From Acidobacteriota bacterium (GTDB lineage: Bacteria > Acidobacteriota > Vicinamibacteria > Vicinamibacterales > UBA2999): 64,000 bases of DNA. Position numbers and translations under genes: made by a program. Location: NCBI GenBank assembly GCA_052389315.1, contig JBQTIE010000084.1, positions 23,075 through 87,074 on the forward strand. The letters run 5' to 3'. The notes under the pieces were generated by a model. That model worked only from the letters and a program-made list of their open reading frames with translations. It searched no databases and was not told where the DNA came from. Below, piece after piece: positions 10,382-20,627 of this stretch (positions are counted from its first letter, which is position 1; each line of letters opens with the position of its first letter).

Positions 10382-10672
10382 CTACGCCCCTTCCAGGAAC
10401 TCCGGCAGTTTCTGGCCGTCACGGAGGCGGACATACGCCTTCTTCCAGTCCGATCGCCGGCCGACGTGGCGGCCCTGCCGCTTGAGCTTGCCGAACGCAT
10501 TCGCGGTGCGAACGGCCTGGACCTTCGTCCCGAGCAGCTTCTCGACCGCCATGCGGATCTGCACCTTGGTCGCCCCGCGCGCCACTTCGAACACCATCGT
10601 CCGGCCATCCTCGCGCAGCCCCGTGGTCTTCTCGGTCACGAGGGGCCGCCTGAGCACATCCGTCAGTTTCAT
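10382..10672 (-). CDS. rplW: 50S ribosomal protein L23
   Basis: 96 aa. Operon position between rplD and rplB. 4-nt overlap with the rplD stop. Confidence 0.93.
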   Translation of the reverse strand: MKLTDVLRRPLVTEKTTGLREDGRTMVFEVARGATKVQIRMAVEKLLGTKVQAVRTANAFGKLKRQGRHVGRRSDWKKAYVRLRDGQKLPEFLEGA

Positions 10673-11289
10673 GACAGCACATCCTGCAGCTTGACGAAGG
10701 CGGCCTGCGTGAGGACGACCTTGCGGGTGTCCATCACGTCGCGCGCGGTGACCCGGCTCGTCGCAAGCATCCGGATCCCCGTGATGTTGCGCACCGAGAG
10801 GGCGAGCTTCTCATCGGGCTGGACGTCGATCAGCAGCGCCTTACCCTCGACGCCCAAGGTGCGCAGCTTCGCGACAGCCGCCTGGGTCTTCACCTCGCTG
10901 GCCGTCAAGGCGTCGACGACGACGATGTCGCCTCCCTGGAGCTTGGCGGCGAGGGCCTGCTTGAGCGCGCCTTTCTCGACCTTCTTGGGGAGTTGATAGG
11001 CGTAGCTGCGCGGCTGCGGACCGAACACCGTGCCGCCCTTCCGCCAGAGCGGGTTCCTGATCTCGCCGACCCGGGCACGGCCCGTGCCCTTCTGACGCCA
11101 CGGTTTCTTGCCGCTGCCGCTGACCAGGGCGCGGTTCTTCGTCGCGTGCGTGCCCCGCCGGTCGGCGGCGTTGGCACGGACCACCGACTCGTGGATCAGA
11201 TCGACTTTGACACGGCCGCCGAACACCTCGTCGCGGACGTCGACCGAGCCGACCTTCTCATTGGCTTCGTTGACCACATCAACCGTCAT
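10669..11289 (-). CDS. rplD: 50S ribosomal protein L4
   Basis: 206 aa with GSGKKPWRQKGTGRAR. Confidence 0.93.
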   Translation of the reverse strand: MTVDVVNEANEKVGSVDVRDEVFGGRVKVDLIHESVVRANAADRRGTHATKNRALVSGSGKKPWRQKGTGRARVGEIRNPLWRKGGTVFGPQPRSYAYQLPKKVEKGALKQALAAKLQGGDIVVVDALTASEVKTQAAVAKLRTLGVEGKALLIDVQPDEKLALSVRNITGIRMLATSRVTARDVMDTRKVVLTQAAFVKLQDVLS

Positions 11290-11308
11290 GGCAGTCTCTC
11301 AGCGTTGG

Positions 11309-11992
11309 TTACTTACGGCCCTTCTTGGGCTTCTCCTGCAGCTGCGGCTGCGGCTCCGGCTTGGGGGCAACGGCTTTGCGAATGAGCACGTAGCCCCCGT
11401 TGGCGCCGGGCACGGCACCGCGCACCACGATCAGGTGATGGTCTGCGTCGACTTTGAGCACCTTGAGGTTCCGTGTCGTGACGCGGTCCTGCCCCATGTG
11501 TCCGTGCATGCGCATGCCCGGCAGCACGCGCGAGGGATAGGACGAGGCGCCGATGGAACCGGGCGCCCGGTGAAACATCGAACCGTGTGTCGCGTCGCCG
11601 CCACGGAAGTGATGGCGCTTGACGGTGCCCTGAAACCCCTTGCCTTTGCTGGTGGCGATCACGTCCACGCGCTCGCCGGCCGCGAAGATCGAGCACAACA
11701 CGGCGTCGCCCAGCGCGGGCACCGTCGCGCCCCTGGCCAGCCCCACTTCCCGCTGCACGCGTGTGGGCGGGACGTTGGCCTTCTTGAAGTGGCCGACCGT
11801 GGCCTTGTTCGCCTTCGCCGGCCGGTCTTCGACCAGGCCGATCTGCACGGCTTCGTACCCGTCCGTGTCGACGCCCTTGCCCTGCACGACCACGCAGGGG
11901 CCGGCCTGCAGCACCGTCGCCGGCGCCAGCGTGCCGTCGTCGAGGAACAGCTGCGTCATGCCGACCTTCTTGCCGATGATTCCTGTCACCAT
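11309..11992 (-). CDS. rplC: 50S ribosomal protein L3
   Basis: 227 aa starting [16 protein letters not shown]. Confidence 0.95.
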   Translation of the reverse strand: MVTGIIGKKVGMTQLFLDDGTLAPATVLQAGPCVVVQGKGVDTDGYEAVQIGLVEDRPAKANKATVGHFKKANVPPTRVQREVGLARGATVPALGDAVLCSIFAAGERVDVIATSKGKGFQGTVKRHHFRGGDATHGSMFHRAPGSIGASSYPSRVLPGMRMHGHMGQDRVTTRNLKVLKVDADHHLIVVRGAVPGANGGYVLIRKAVAPKPEPQPQLQEKPKKGRK

Positions 11993-12016
11993 GTCGCGAT
12001 CCTTACCGGGACCACC

Positions 12017-12343
<327 letters not shown>

Positions 12344-12379
12344 GTCTCTGGTCCCTCGCCGGACGCGCCGACGCTGCTC

Positions 12380-14494
12380 CTACTTCGTCCCCTGCACGCG
12401 CGCGATCACTTCTTCGCTCACCTGCGCGGGCGCCTGCTCATAGCGATCGAAATGCATCGAGTAGGTGGCCCGGCCCTGCGTGCGCGATCGCAGGTCGGTG
12501 GCGTATCCGAACATCTCGCTGAGCGGCACACGCGATGAGATGATCTGCGTGCCGCCGCGGTCCTCCTGCGACTGGATCTTGCCTCGCCGCGAGGACAAAT
12601 CGCCCATGACGTCCCCAAGGTAGTCCTTCGGGACGACCACTTCCACGCGCATGACCGGCTCGAGCAGCACCGGCCGCGCTCGCTTGGCCGCGTCCTGGAA
12701 CGCCATCGACCCGGCAATCTTGAACGCCATCTCGGAAGAGTCCACTTCGTGGAACGACCCGTCGTACAGCTCGATGCGCACGTCGTCGATGGGATACCCG
12801 GCGAGCACGCCGCGGGTGAGCGCTTCCTGAATCCCCTGATCGATCGGCTTGATGTACTCGCGCGGCACCGAGCCGCCCACAATCTCGTTCTCGAACTCGT
12901 ACCCCGTACCGGGGGGCAACGGGAGCAGGCGGATCTTGGCGTGGCCGTACTGGCCGCGCCCGCCCGTCTGGCGCACGAACCGCCCCTCGCCCTCAGCCGG
13001 CGCCGTGAGCGTCTCTTTGTAGGCGACCTGGGGCTTGCCCACGCTGGCCTCGACCCCGAACTCGCGCTTCAGCCGGTCCACGATGATCTCGAGGTGCAAC
13101 TCGCCCATCCCGGCAATCACCACCTGGCCGGTCTGCTCGTCGGTTCTCACCCGGAACGTCGGGTCCTCGGCCATCAACTTCGACATGCCCTGCCCGAGCT
13201 TTTCCTGGTCAGCCTTGGTCCGCGGTTCGATGGCCAGCGAGATCACCGGCTCGGGGAACGTCATCGACTCGAGGAGGATCGGCTTCTTCTCGTCACACAG
13301 GGTGTCGCCGGTCGTCACCGATCTCAGGCCGACGGCCGCCGCGATGTCGCCGGCGAAGACCTCCTTGATCTCTTCGCGTTTGTTGGCGTGCATCTTGAGC
13401 AGGCGGCCGATGCGTTCGGACTTGCCCTTGGTGGCGTCGAGCACCGTCGTGCCCGTGGCCAGCGTGCCGGAGTAGACGCGGAAGAAGGTGAGCTGCCCGA
13501 CGAAGGGGTCGGTCATGATCTTGAAGGCCAGCGCTGCGAACGGCTGCTTGTCGTCGGCCGTGCGTTCGATGAGCGCCTCGCCCTCTTGCTTGGCACGCAG
13601 ATCGAGACCGGTCACCGGAGGAATGTCCAGGGGTGACGGCAGGTAATCGACGACGGCGTCGAGCAGGGGCTGGACGCCTTTGTTCTTGAACGCGCTCCCG
13701 CAGATCACCGGCACGAACGGCGACCCTTCCTTCCGCACCGACTCGATCGTTCGGCGCCTCAAAGCCGCTCGAATCTCGTCCTCGCTGATCGCATCGCCGC
13801 TCAGGTACTTCTCGAGCAGCTTGTCGTCGGCCTCGCTGACTTTCTCAATCAGCTTCTCCCGGTACTGCTGGACCTCGGTCATCATGTCGGCCGGGATGTC
13901 ACCGACGACGTAGTCGGCGCCCATGGTCTCGTCCTTGTAGGTGATGGCCTTCATCCCGACCAGGTCCACCACGCCGATGAACTTGTCCTCGGCGCCGATC
14001 GGCAGCTGAATGGCGACGGGGTTGCCCTGCAGTTTCGTTTCGATCTGGGACAGGGTCTCCTTGAAGTCCGCGCCGACGCGGTCCATCTTGTTGACGAAAC
14101 AGATACGCGGCACCCGGTACTTGTCGGCCTGACGCCACACGGTCTCCGATTGCGGCTCGACGCCGGACACCGCGTCGAATACCGCGCACGCCCCGTCCAG
14201 CACGCGCAGCGACCGCTCGACTTCGACGGTGAAGTCCACGTGCCCGGGCGTGTCGATGATGTTGATCCGGTGGTCGCGCCAGAAACACGTGGTCGCGGCC
14301 GAGGTAATGGTGATGCCGCGCTCCTGCTCCTGTTCCATCCAGTCCATGACGGCCGTGCCGTCGTGCACTTCGCCGATCTTGTACGAAATCCCGGTGTAGT
14401 AGAGGATGCGTTCGGTCGTGGTGGTCTTGCCGGCATCGATGTGGGCCATGATGCCGATGTTCCGCGTCCGATCAAGTGGTGCTTGTCGTGCCAT
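12380..14494 (-). CDS. fusA: Elongation factor G
   Basis: 704 aa with the GTPase G1 motif [19 protein letters not shown] and full EF-G domain order. Confidence 0.98.
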   Translation of the reverse strand: MARQAPLDRTRNIGIMAHIDAGKTTTTERILYYTGISYKIGEVHDGTAVMDWMEQEQERGITITSAATTCFWRDHRINIIDTPGHVDFTVEVERSLRVLDGACAVFDAVSGVEPQSETVWRQADKYRVPRICFVNKMDRVGADFKETLSQIETKLQGNPVAIQLPIGAEDKFIGVVDLVGMKAITYKDETMGADYVVGDIPADMMTEVQQYREKLIEKVSEADDKLLEKYLSGDAISEDEIRAALRRRTIESVRKEGSPFVPVICGSAFKNKGVQPLLDAVVDYLPSPLDIPPVTGLDLRAKQEGEALIERTADDKQPFAALAFKIMTDPFVGQLTFFRVYSGTLATGTTVLDATKGKSERIGRLLKMHANKREEIKEVFAGDIAAAVGLRSVTTGDTLCDEKKPILLESMTFPEPVISLAIEPRTKADQEKLGQGMSKLMAEDPTFRVRTDEQTGQVVIAGMGELHLEIIVDRLKREFGVEASVGKPQVAYKETLTAPAEGEGRFVRQTGGRGQYGHAKIRLLPLPPGTGYEFENEIVGGSVPREYIKPIDQGIQEALTRGVLAGYPIDDVRIELYDGSFHEVDSSEMAFKIAGSMAFQDAAKRARPVLLEPVMRVEVVVPKDYLGDVMGDLSSRRGKIQSQEDRGGTQIISSRVPLSEMFGYATDLRSRTQGRATYSMHFDRYEQAPAQVSEEVIARVQGTK

Positions 14495-14524
14495 TGTCCG
14501 TCCAGCGATCTCCGACGCGCTCCC

Positions 14525-14998
14525 CTACCAGCGGTAGTGCGCAAACGCCTTGTTGGCTTCCGCCATGCGGTGAGTATCTTCGCGCTTCTTCACCGCGCCC
14601 CCTCGCAGGTTGGCCGCATCCATCAGCTCACTGGCCAGCTTCTCCTGCATCGTCTTGCCGTCGCCGCGCGCCCGCGCGTAGGACACCAGCCAGCGGATGC
14701 TCAACGAGAGCCGGCGGTTGGGATTGACCTCGATGGGCACCTGGTAGTTGGAGCCGCCCACGCGCCGCGATTTCACTTCGAGCGCCGGCTTGACGTTGTC
14801 CAGCGCCTTCTTGAAGACCTTCAGCGGGTCATCGCCGCTGCGCTCCTTGATGATGTCGAAGCTCTGATACAGGATGCGCTCGGCCGTCGAGCGCTTCCCC
14901 TCTTTCATGATCGTGTTGATGAACTTGGTCACCAACGAGCTGTTGTACAGCGCGTCGGCCGCCAGGTCCCGCTTCGGAATCTCACGTCTACGAGGCAT
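14525..14998 (-). CDS. rpsG: 30S ribosomal protein S7
   Basis: 157 aa starting [12 protein letters not shown] and ending AFAHYRW. Confidence 0.97.
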   Translation of the reverse strand: MPRRREIPKRDLAADALYNSSLVTKFINTIMKEGKRSTAERILYQSFDIIKERSGDDPLKVFKKALDNVKPALEVKSRRVGGSNYQVPIEVNPNRRLSLSIRWLVSYARARGDGKTMQEKLASELMDAANLRGGAVKKREDTHRMAEANKAFAHYRW

Positions 14999-15029
14999 AC
15001 AATCGGCTCTCTCGCGACCGCGGTCGCGC

Positions 15030-15404
15030 CTAGGACTTCGGGCGCTTTGCGCCGTACTTCGATCGACCCTGCTTGCGGCCCTGCACGCCCACCGCGTCCA
15101 GCGTCCCGCGCACGACGTGGTACCGCACGCCAGGCAGATCCTTCACGCGACCACCACGAATCAGGACCAGCGAGTGCTCCTGCAGGTTGTGACCGACCCC
15201 CGGGATGTAGGTCGTCACCTCAATGCCGTTCGTCAACCGCACGCGAGCCACCTTGCGAAGCGCCGAGTTCGGCTTCTTCGGCGTCTGCGTGAAGACACGC
15301 ACGCACACGCCACGCTTCTGCGGACTCTCCTGGAGGGCCGGACTCTTGGTCTTCCAGCGAACCTGCTCACGTCCTTTGCGGACCAGCTGACTGATCGTCG
15401 GCAC
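15030..15404 (-). CDS. rpsL: 30S ribosomal protein S12
   Basis: 124 aa with a GTG start ([11 protein letters not shown]) and [22 protein letters not shown] Shine-Dalgarno upstream. Confidence 0.97.
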   Translation of the reverse strand: MPTISQLVRKGREQVRWKTKSPALQESPQKRGVCVRVFTQTPKKPNSALRKVARVRLTNGIEVTTYIPGVGHNLQEHSLVLIRGGRVKDLPGVRYHVVRGTLDAVGVQGRKQGRSKYGAKRPKS

Positions 15405-15722
15405 GAGCGCTCCTCACGCGTGGCCAAGGCGCGCATGCCCGGGCAACACGCCTTCCCGCGTTTCCAAACGATGCGAACCGGACACACCGCCGTCGGTCGG
15501 CTCGTGTCCCCGGCGCGACGGGCCTAGAAGGCCACGAGACGCAGCCTTGGCACCCGAAGCAAGAACCCTACTCGTTGTGTGTCGTCGGCACCAGCGGACG
15601 TTCTATCGACCGCAGGCCGGCACGCGTAGCCAGCCTTCTCCTGGGCCGCCATCCCGGGCGGTCGCGTCACGGTGCTAGAAGGAGCCTAGATAGGGTGTCC
15701 CAGACTCCACGAGAACCTTCGA

Positions 15723-15752
15723 AATATAGCACGTACCCTCTCGTGGCTGCAA
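15723..15752 (-). promoter_or_regulatory. Candidate sigma70-type promoter for the rpsL operon (TTGCAG-N18-TATATT)
   Basis: On the minus strand, TTGCAG lies at 15752-15747 and TATATT at 15728-15723, about 320 nt upstream of the rpsL start. Found by pattern only. Confidence 0.3.
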
Positions 15753-15915
15753 CTTTCCTCGCGACGCCTCCGAGCGGCGATCGGATCGGCGGCCAGCCGC
15801 TCGACCCCACCGCCGCACGCGATCCGCGCGCTATAGTAGGACACCGTGCCCAACGGCTCGTGGCGGACGGCTGGGCCAGGCGCTCGACTCCACTAACCCA
15901 CAGGAAATCAAGTAG

Positions 15916-16317
15916 ATGAAGCACCTTGCAGCGGCTGCCGCTCTCACCGCCCTGATGTCCCTGCCCGCCGTGGCCCAGCCCACTCCCGTTCCAGCCAGGG
16001 TGGAAACTCCAGCCAGAGTGGAAACGCCCACCGTAAAGATCCTCGTCGGGCTCACGGTGCCGGAGTTCGAACAGGAGATGCAGCATTTCGTGCAGGCGCT
16101 CGGGATCAGCTGTATGGGGTGTCACGCTCCCCGGGGCAACTTCGCGAGCGATGAGAACCCTCGAAAGGTGCGGGCCCGGCAGATGATCGAGATGACCAGG
16201 ACGCTCAACCAGCAGTTTTTCTCCAACTACCAGCCGCCCGAAGGCGAATCACGCCTGGGCCGGGTCACGTGCCTGACCTGCCACCGCGGAGAGCTCAACC
16301 CCAAGACTGCTCCCTGA
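15916..16317 (+). CDS. Secreted di-haem c-type cytochrome (photosynthetic-reaction-centre cytochrome c subunit-like family)
   Basis: 133 aa with a signal peptide (MKHLAAAAALTALMSLPAVAQP) and two CxxCH motifs (CMGCH, CLTCHRG), the second in the VTCxTCHRG context typical of this family. Confidence 0.75.
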   Translation: MKHLAAAAALTALMSLPAVAQPTPVPARVETPARVETPTVKILVGLTVPEFEQEMQHFVQALGISCMGCHAPRGNFASDENPRKVRARQMIEMTRTLNQQFFSNYQPPEGESRLGRVTCLTCHRGELNPKTAP

Positions 16318-16322
16318 GCCTC

Positions 16323-16354
16323 ATCCGGCGCGCATTACCGGCGATGCCGGATGC
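16323..16354 (+). terminator. Hairpin just after the cytochrome stop codon (possible terminator, no U-tract)
   Basis: CATCCGGC (16323-16330) pairs with GCCGGATG (16347-16354). It begins 6 nt after the stop, and no T-run follows. Confidence 0.25.
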
Positions 16355-16475
16355 TCGGCGAGCGCGCTGATCTCCCTCCTCGAGCGGGCTGCCGAGTCCG
16401 CCAGATCGCTGTCGATGGCGCCGGACCCGCGCGCCGCAGTACGTCAGGACGCTGTGCTACGCTCGACCCGTGCCG

Positions 16476-16564
16476 CTAGAAAACTTGACTCTGCAGATTC
16501 CCAACCACGTGAGTCAAGTTTTCCGGCCCGGCCAGAGGCCGGGCAAAGCCAGCACTGCCCCTAG
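16476..16564 (+). repeat. 89-nt CTAG-bounded double-hairpin repeat, copy 1
   Basis: 77/89 identical, with no indels, to 54256-54344. Hairpins are GAAAACTTGACTC/GAGTCAAGTTTTC and GCCCGGCC/GGCCGGGC. Confidence 0.75.
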
Positions 16565-16600
16565 GGCATATCTGAGCGACGAGCAACGCCGCGAGGCGGG

Positions 16601-18049
16601 ATGCGCCGCCCGCGGATTATGTCGCGAATCACTGGGCCGGGACACCAGCTTGCGGGTGATTCAACCGTGACACGTTCGGACGACCCGCTCGGCGTGCTGC
16701 GCGGCTCGGAAGACTCGGCCCACGGGCCCATCGACGTCGGTGCCAGTCGCCTCGCCATCGTCGCGGCCGACTCAGCGACCGCCGCGCGGGGGGCGGCGGC
16801 CAGCATCGCACGCGCCTGGATTCACCAGCGTGGTGGCCATGTCGCCGAGGCTCCCGACGCGGCCACATGGCCGTTCCTCCATCCGCTGCCCCCACGGCTC
16901 GCGCCACCCTGCGTCTACTGGGCCCCCCGTGTCGAGGCCGCCTTCACGAGCCGCCAGGCCTCGGGCACGCGGCTGGTGACCACCCAGGCCAGCTACCTGG
17001 CGCAGACGTGGCTCGACGGCATCGGCGAGGCGGACATCCTGCTGCTGGCCTCGGCCGATCGCGCCGCGCTGCGAGACGTGCCGGACGTGCTCGCCCGTCG
17101 GGGGCCGTTTGCCCGCGCGTTCATCCTCGAAATCGCGGATGAAGCGACCGCGGCGCTCGATCCGGCCGGCCCGGCCGAGGCGACCAGCCGATCTTGGCCC
17201 GAGCCCGTCAGGTTGATGGTCGGGGCCTTCCGCGAGTCCCGCGCCGAAGATCGACTGCGCTTGTGCGTCCAGGCGTTGAGTCACGGCCGGACGCCCGCCC
17301 TGCTGCTGGCCACGGCCAGCGCGTGCGTGGAGGTCAACGACCTGGAGGGGGCCGCTCGAGATTTGGACGAGGCGATCGGCCTGGCACCCGAATGGGCGGC
17401 GGCGCACTTCGAGCGCGGCAAGCTGTGGCTCCGGGCCGATGACATGGCGCGTGCCAGCGAGTCGTTTCGACGAGCCGCCGGCCTGATGCCCTCGTTCGCA
17501 TCCGCGTGGGCCAACCTGGGGGCAACGCTGGGTGAACTCGACCGCCCGGAAGAGGCCTTGCGCGCTCTGGAGACGGCGCTCGCGCTCGATCCCGCCAGCG
17601 ACCAGGTCGCCAACAACGTAGGGGTCGTTTGTCGTGAGCTGGGCCGGCTGGCGGAAGCAGAGGCGGCCTTCCGCCGCGTGATCGATCTGTCGCCGTCCCT
17701 GTCAGTTGGCCACTACAATCTAGGACACGCGTTGTTCCTGCAGGGGCGCTACCGCGCCGCGCTTGGAGCCTATGTGGAAGGGCAGAAGCGGGATTCGGCC
17801 CGAAATCCCGTGCAGGCGAGCCGGCTGGCGATGTGCCGCCTTGCCACGGGCAACGCGCGGGGGGCGCTGGCCGACCTGCAGCAGGTGATGCCGACGCTGC
17901 CAGCCAGCTATCGACGCCATCTGCTTGCCGACACGCAGGCGATCGCGTGGGCGTTGCTGACGCACCAACCCGACCTGCCGGAGTGGGGCCTGGTGGATCG
18001 TTGGCTGGCGGGTGAGCTAGAGCGCGTGCAACCGCCCGCCTCCCGCTAG
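16601..18049 (+). CDS. TPR-repeat protein with an uncharacterised N-terminal domain (start uncertain)
   Basis: 482-aa ORF. The C-terminal ~230 aa carry clear TPR units (e.g. AWANLGATLGELDRPEEALRALETALALDP). I do not recognise the N-terminal half. Confidence 0.7.
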   Translation: MRRPRIMSRITGPGHQLAGDSTVTRSDDPLGVLRGSEDSAHGPIDVGASRLAIVAADSATAARGAAASIARAWIHQRGGHVAEAPDAATWPFLHPLPPRLAPPCVYWAPRVEAAFTSRQASGTRLVTTQASYLAQTWLDGIGEADILLLASADRAALRDVPDVLARRGPFARAFILEIADEATAALDPAGPAEATSRSWPEPVRLMVGAFRESRAEDRLRLCVQALSHGRTPALLLATASACVEVNDLEGAARDLDEAIGLAPEWAAAHFERGKLWLRADDMARASESFRRAAGLMPSFASAWANLGATLGELDRPEEALRALETALALDPASDQVANNVGVVCRELGRLAEAEAAFRRVIDLSPSLSVGHYNLGHALFLQGRYRAALGAYVEGQKRDSARNPVQASRLAMCRLATGNARGALADLQQVMPTLPASYRRHLLADTQAIAWALLTHQPDLPEWGLVDRWLAGELERVQPPASR

Positions 18050-18111
18050 CTCGGCCGGACGCGACGACGTACACGCCGGCGCGCTGGGGCGCGTAATAGG
18101 GGAGGGAGCCG

Positions 18112-19938
18112 ATGAACTCGACGCCGACGCCGCCGACCGACTCGGCACCGCCCGTCTCCAGTTCCCGCCCGGGAATGACTCACGCGTGGTTCCGGGATCG
18201 CGCCCTGCGCCTGGCCGCCGGCCTGGCGGTGGTCGTCGCGATACCGGTTGCGGTGCTCTTTTACTTCCAGTTCAGGGCGCTCAACGACCTCGAGGAAGCG
18301 TCGGCGGTGGTCTTGCGGCAGTTGAGCGGCGATACGGTGGATTCGTTGAGCCGCGAGATTGAAGAGGCGTTGAAGCGCCCGCACATCAACGTGCTGCTCC
18401 GGACGGGCCAGGGACGCCTGGAGCCGCTCGATTTGGCGTTCATCGACCCCGTCCTGGCCGAAGGGTTGACCGAAAGTCCCTTCATCGAGGAATTCTGGCT
18501 CTGGTCCGAAAACGCCGCCGCTCGCTCTGGAAGGATGCTGGTTTTCGACCGCGGCAGCCTGATGATCCCCATCACCGACGTCGATCGCCGCTTCCGATAC
18601 GCGCCGACGCGGGCCGCGGAGCTGGTTCCGATGCTTCACGAGTTCGGGGCGCTGCGCCGGGCCATCGTCGCTTTCTCGCTGAGAGTCGATGGACGCCAGA
18701 AGTACGTGCAGGTGCAGCTGCGCTTCGAAGGTCCTGAGCGCCAGCGGGTCACGAGCTTTCTGGGGTTCATGGTGGATGCCGAGTACCTGCACGACCAGTA
18801 CTTTCCCAGCCTCGTGCAGCGCCGGCTCGAAGCAGTGCAGCAGAGCGCGGGGTTCCCGCCGCTGGAGCTCTACCTGTCGGACGGCGACGGCAAGGTCGTG
18901 TTTGCTCCGGCCAAGGCCCCGTCCTCAGAGGTGTTCGTGGACGAACGGCAGTTCCCCCTGGTGTTCTTCGACAAGGAGCTGCTCGAGTATGCGGCCCCGT
19001 ACGAGCAGCGCCGCGAGACGTGGCGGGTGCGGGCCGGGTTTGGCGTTCAGACGATCCCGGAAATCGTCAGCGCGAGCACGCGCCCGCAGCTGGCTCTGAT
19101 GGTCGTCCTCGCGATCGTGATGGCTCTCGGCGTCTTCTTCGTGGCCGGTGCGGCCGCCCGTGAGGTGCGGGTGGCGGAGCTCAAGTCCAACTTCGTCGCG
19201 TCGGTCTCGCACGATCTGAAGACGCCGCTCGCGCTCATCCAGCTGTTTGCCGAAACACTGGAGGTGGGCCGCGTCCGCAACGCCGAGCGGGCGCAGGAGT
19301 ATTACCGGATCATCAATGCCGAGGCCCGCAAGCTGACGCGCCTCATCGAGAACATCCTCGACTTCTCGAGGATGGAGGCCGGGCTGCGACCCTATCGGAC
19401 CGAGCTCGCCGATGTGGCCACGCTCACCGCCAACGTGCTGTCCAGCATGAGCAGCCAGCTCACACAATCGCGGTTCGAGGTACACGCGCGGATCGATCAG
19501 GACTTGCCGCGCGTCCTCGTCGACGAGAACGCCGTCGTGCAAGCCATCGAGAACCTGCTGGCGAACGCGATGAAGTACTCGGCCTCTTCGCGTGACATCG
19601 ACGTGGAGGTGGCGCGCAGGAAGAACCATGTCTGCGTCAGCGTCACCGACCACGGCATCGGCATCCCACGCCGCGAGCAGTCCCGGATTTTCCGCAAGTT
19701 CTATCGCGTGGAGGGCGGCTTGGGCGGGGGGCCGCAGGGGTGCGGACTGGGCCTGGCCATCGTCGATCACACGATGCGCGGGCACGGCGGGTTCGTCCGG
19801 GTCGAGAGCGAGCCCGACCACGGGAGTACGTTCACGTTGCACTTCCCCATTCCCGTGGGCCTCAGCGTGGAGGGAACTGGTCATGAAGCGGATTCTGGTG
19901 ATCGAGGACGAACCGCAGATGTTGCTCGGTCTGCGTGA
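18112..19938 (+). CDS. Sensor histidine kinase (two TM segments, large periplasmic domain)
   Basis: 608 aa with the H-box SHDLKTPL, N/G boxes (LLANAMKYS, GLGLAIV) and two hydrophobic segments flanking a ~290-aa extracytoplasmic region. Confidence 0.9.
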   Translation: MNSTPTPPTDSAPPVSSSRPGMTHAWFRDRALRLAAGLAVVVAIPVAVLFYFQFRALNDLEEASAVVLRQLSGDTVDSLSREIEEALKRPHINVLLRTGQGRLEPLDLAFIDPVLAEGLTESPFIEEFWLWSENAAARSGRMLVFDRGSLMIPITDVDRRFRYAPTRAAELVPMLHEFGALRRAIVAFSLRVDGRQKYVQVQLRFEGPERQRVTSFLGFMVDAEYLHDQYFPSLVQRRLEAVQQSAGFPPLELYLSDGDGKVVFAPAKAPSSEVFVDERQFPLVFFDKELLEYAAPYEQRRETWRVRAGFGVQTIPEIVSASTRPQLALMVVLAIVMALGVFFVAGAAAREVRVAELKSNFVASVSHDLKTPLALIQLFAETLEVGRVRNAERAQEYYRIINAEARKLTRLIENILDFSRMEAGLRPYRTELADVATLTANVLSSMSSQLTQSRFEVHARIDQDLPRVLVDENAVVQAIENLLANAMKYSASSRDIDVEVARRKNHVCVSVTDHGIGIPRREQSRIFRKFYRVEGGLGGGPQGCGLGLAIVDHTMRGHGGFVRVESEPDHGSTFTLHFPIPVGLSVEGTGHEADSGDRGRTADVARSA

Positions 19939-20563
19939 CAACCTCGAGCTCGAAGGCTACGACGTCCAGACGGCGGCCGACGGCGACGAGGGCCTGGCGC
20001 GAGCCGGCAGTTTCAACCCGGACCTCGTCATCCTCGACGTCATGCTGCCCAAGAAGATCGGCTTCGACGTCTGCCGAGAGCTGCGGGCGCGCGGCAGCTC
20101 GACGCCGATCGTCGTCCTGACGGCGCGATCGGCGGAGACCGACAAGGTTCTGGGCCTCGAGCTCGGAGCCGACGACTATGTCACCAAGCCATTCTCGATA
20201 ACCGAGCTGCTCGCCCGTGTGCGCGCCGTCCTGAGGCGCACCGGCGTGCAAAAGCCGGTGACCGACGTCGCGGTGATCGGGGACATCGAGATCGACTTCA
20301 AGATGCACCAGGCCCGGCGGGGACAGGCGAAGGTGGAGTTCACGGCGCGAGAGTTCGACCTGCTTCGCTATTTCGTGCAGCACACCGGTCAGGTCGTCAC
20401 CCGCGAACAGATTCTCAACGAGGTCTGGGGCTACGAAGAGTTCCCGACGACCAGGACCATCGACAACTTCGTGGCCAAGCTGCGACAGAAGATCGAGCCG
20501 TCGCCGCACGAGCCCCAGCACATCCTGACGATTCACGGGTCCGGCTACAAGTTCGTCGGGTGA
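19883..20563 (+). CDS. OmpR-family response regulator
   Basis: Track ORF 19592..20563 trimmed to ATG 19883 (MKRILVIEDEPQ). Receiver motifs DLVILDVMLP and GADDYVTKPF are followed by a winged-helix C-terminus (HGSGYKFV). Confidence 0.92.
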   Translation: MKRILVIEDEPQMLLGLRDNLELEGYDVQTAADGDEGLARAGSFNPDLVILDVMLPKKIGFDVCRELRARGSSTPIVVLTARSAETDKVLGLELGADDYVTKPFSITELLARVRAVLRRTGVQKPVTDVAVIGDIEIDFKMHQARRGQAKVEFTAREFDLLRYFVQHTGQVVTREQILNEVWGYEEFPTTRTIDNFVAKLRQKIEPSPHEPQHILTIHGSGYKFVG

Positions 20564-20627
20564 GCGTTCGGCCGGCACTTTTCGACCTGGCCGGTCTGCC
20601 GGGTCTGATACGCTTCACCACCAGTCC

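Noticed and set aside
16470-16670. Small ORF whose N-terminus (PLENLTLQIPNHVSQVFRPGQRPGK) is similar to a peptide encoded across the second repeat copy (LENLTLQISNRLRQVFSPGRRPGK).
   Set aside because: The similarity is a by-product of the nucleotide repeat. Most substitutions between the copies are non-synonymous. The second copy has no independent start/stop context, since it lies within an antisense read-through ORF. The conserved features are RNA/DNA hairpins.
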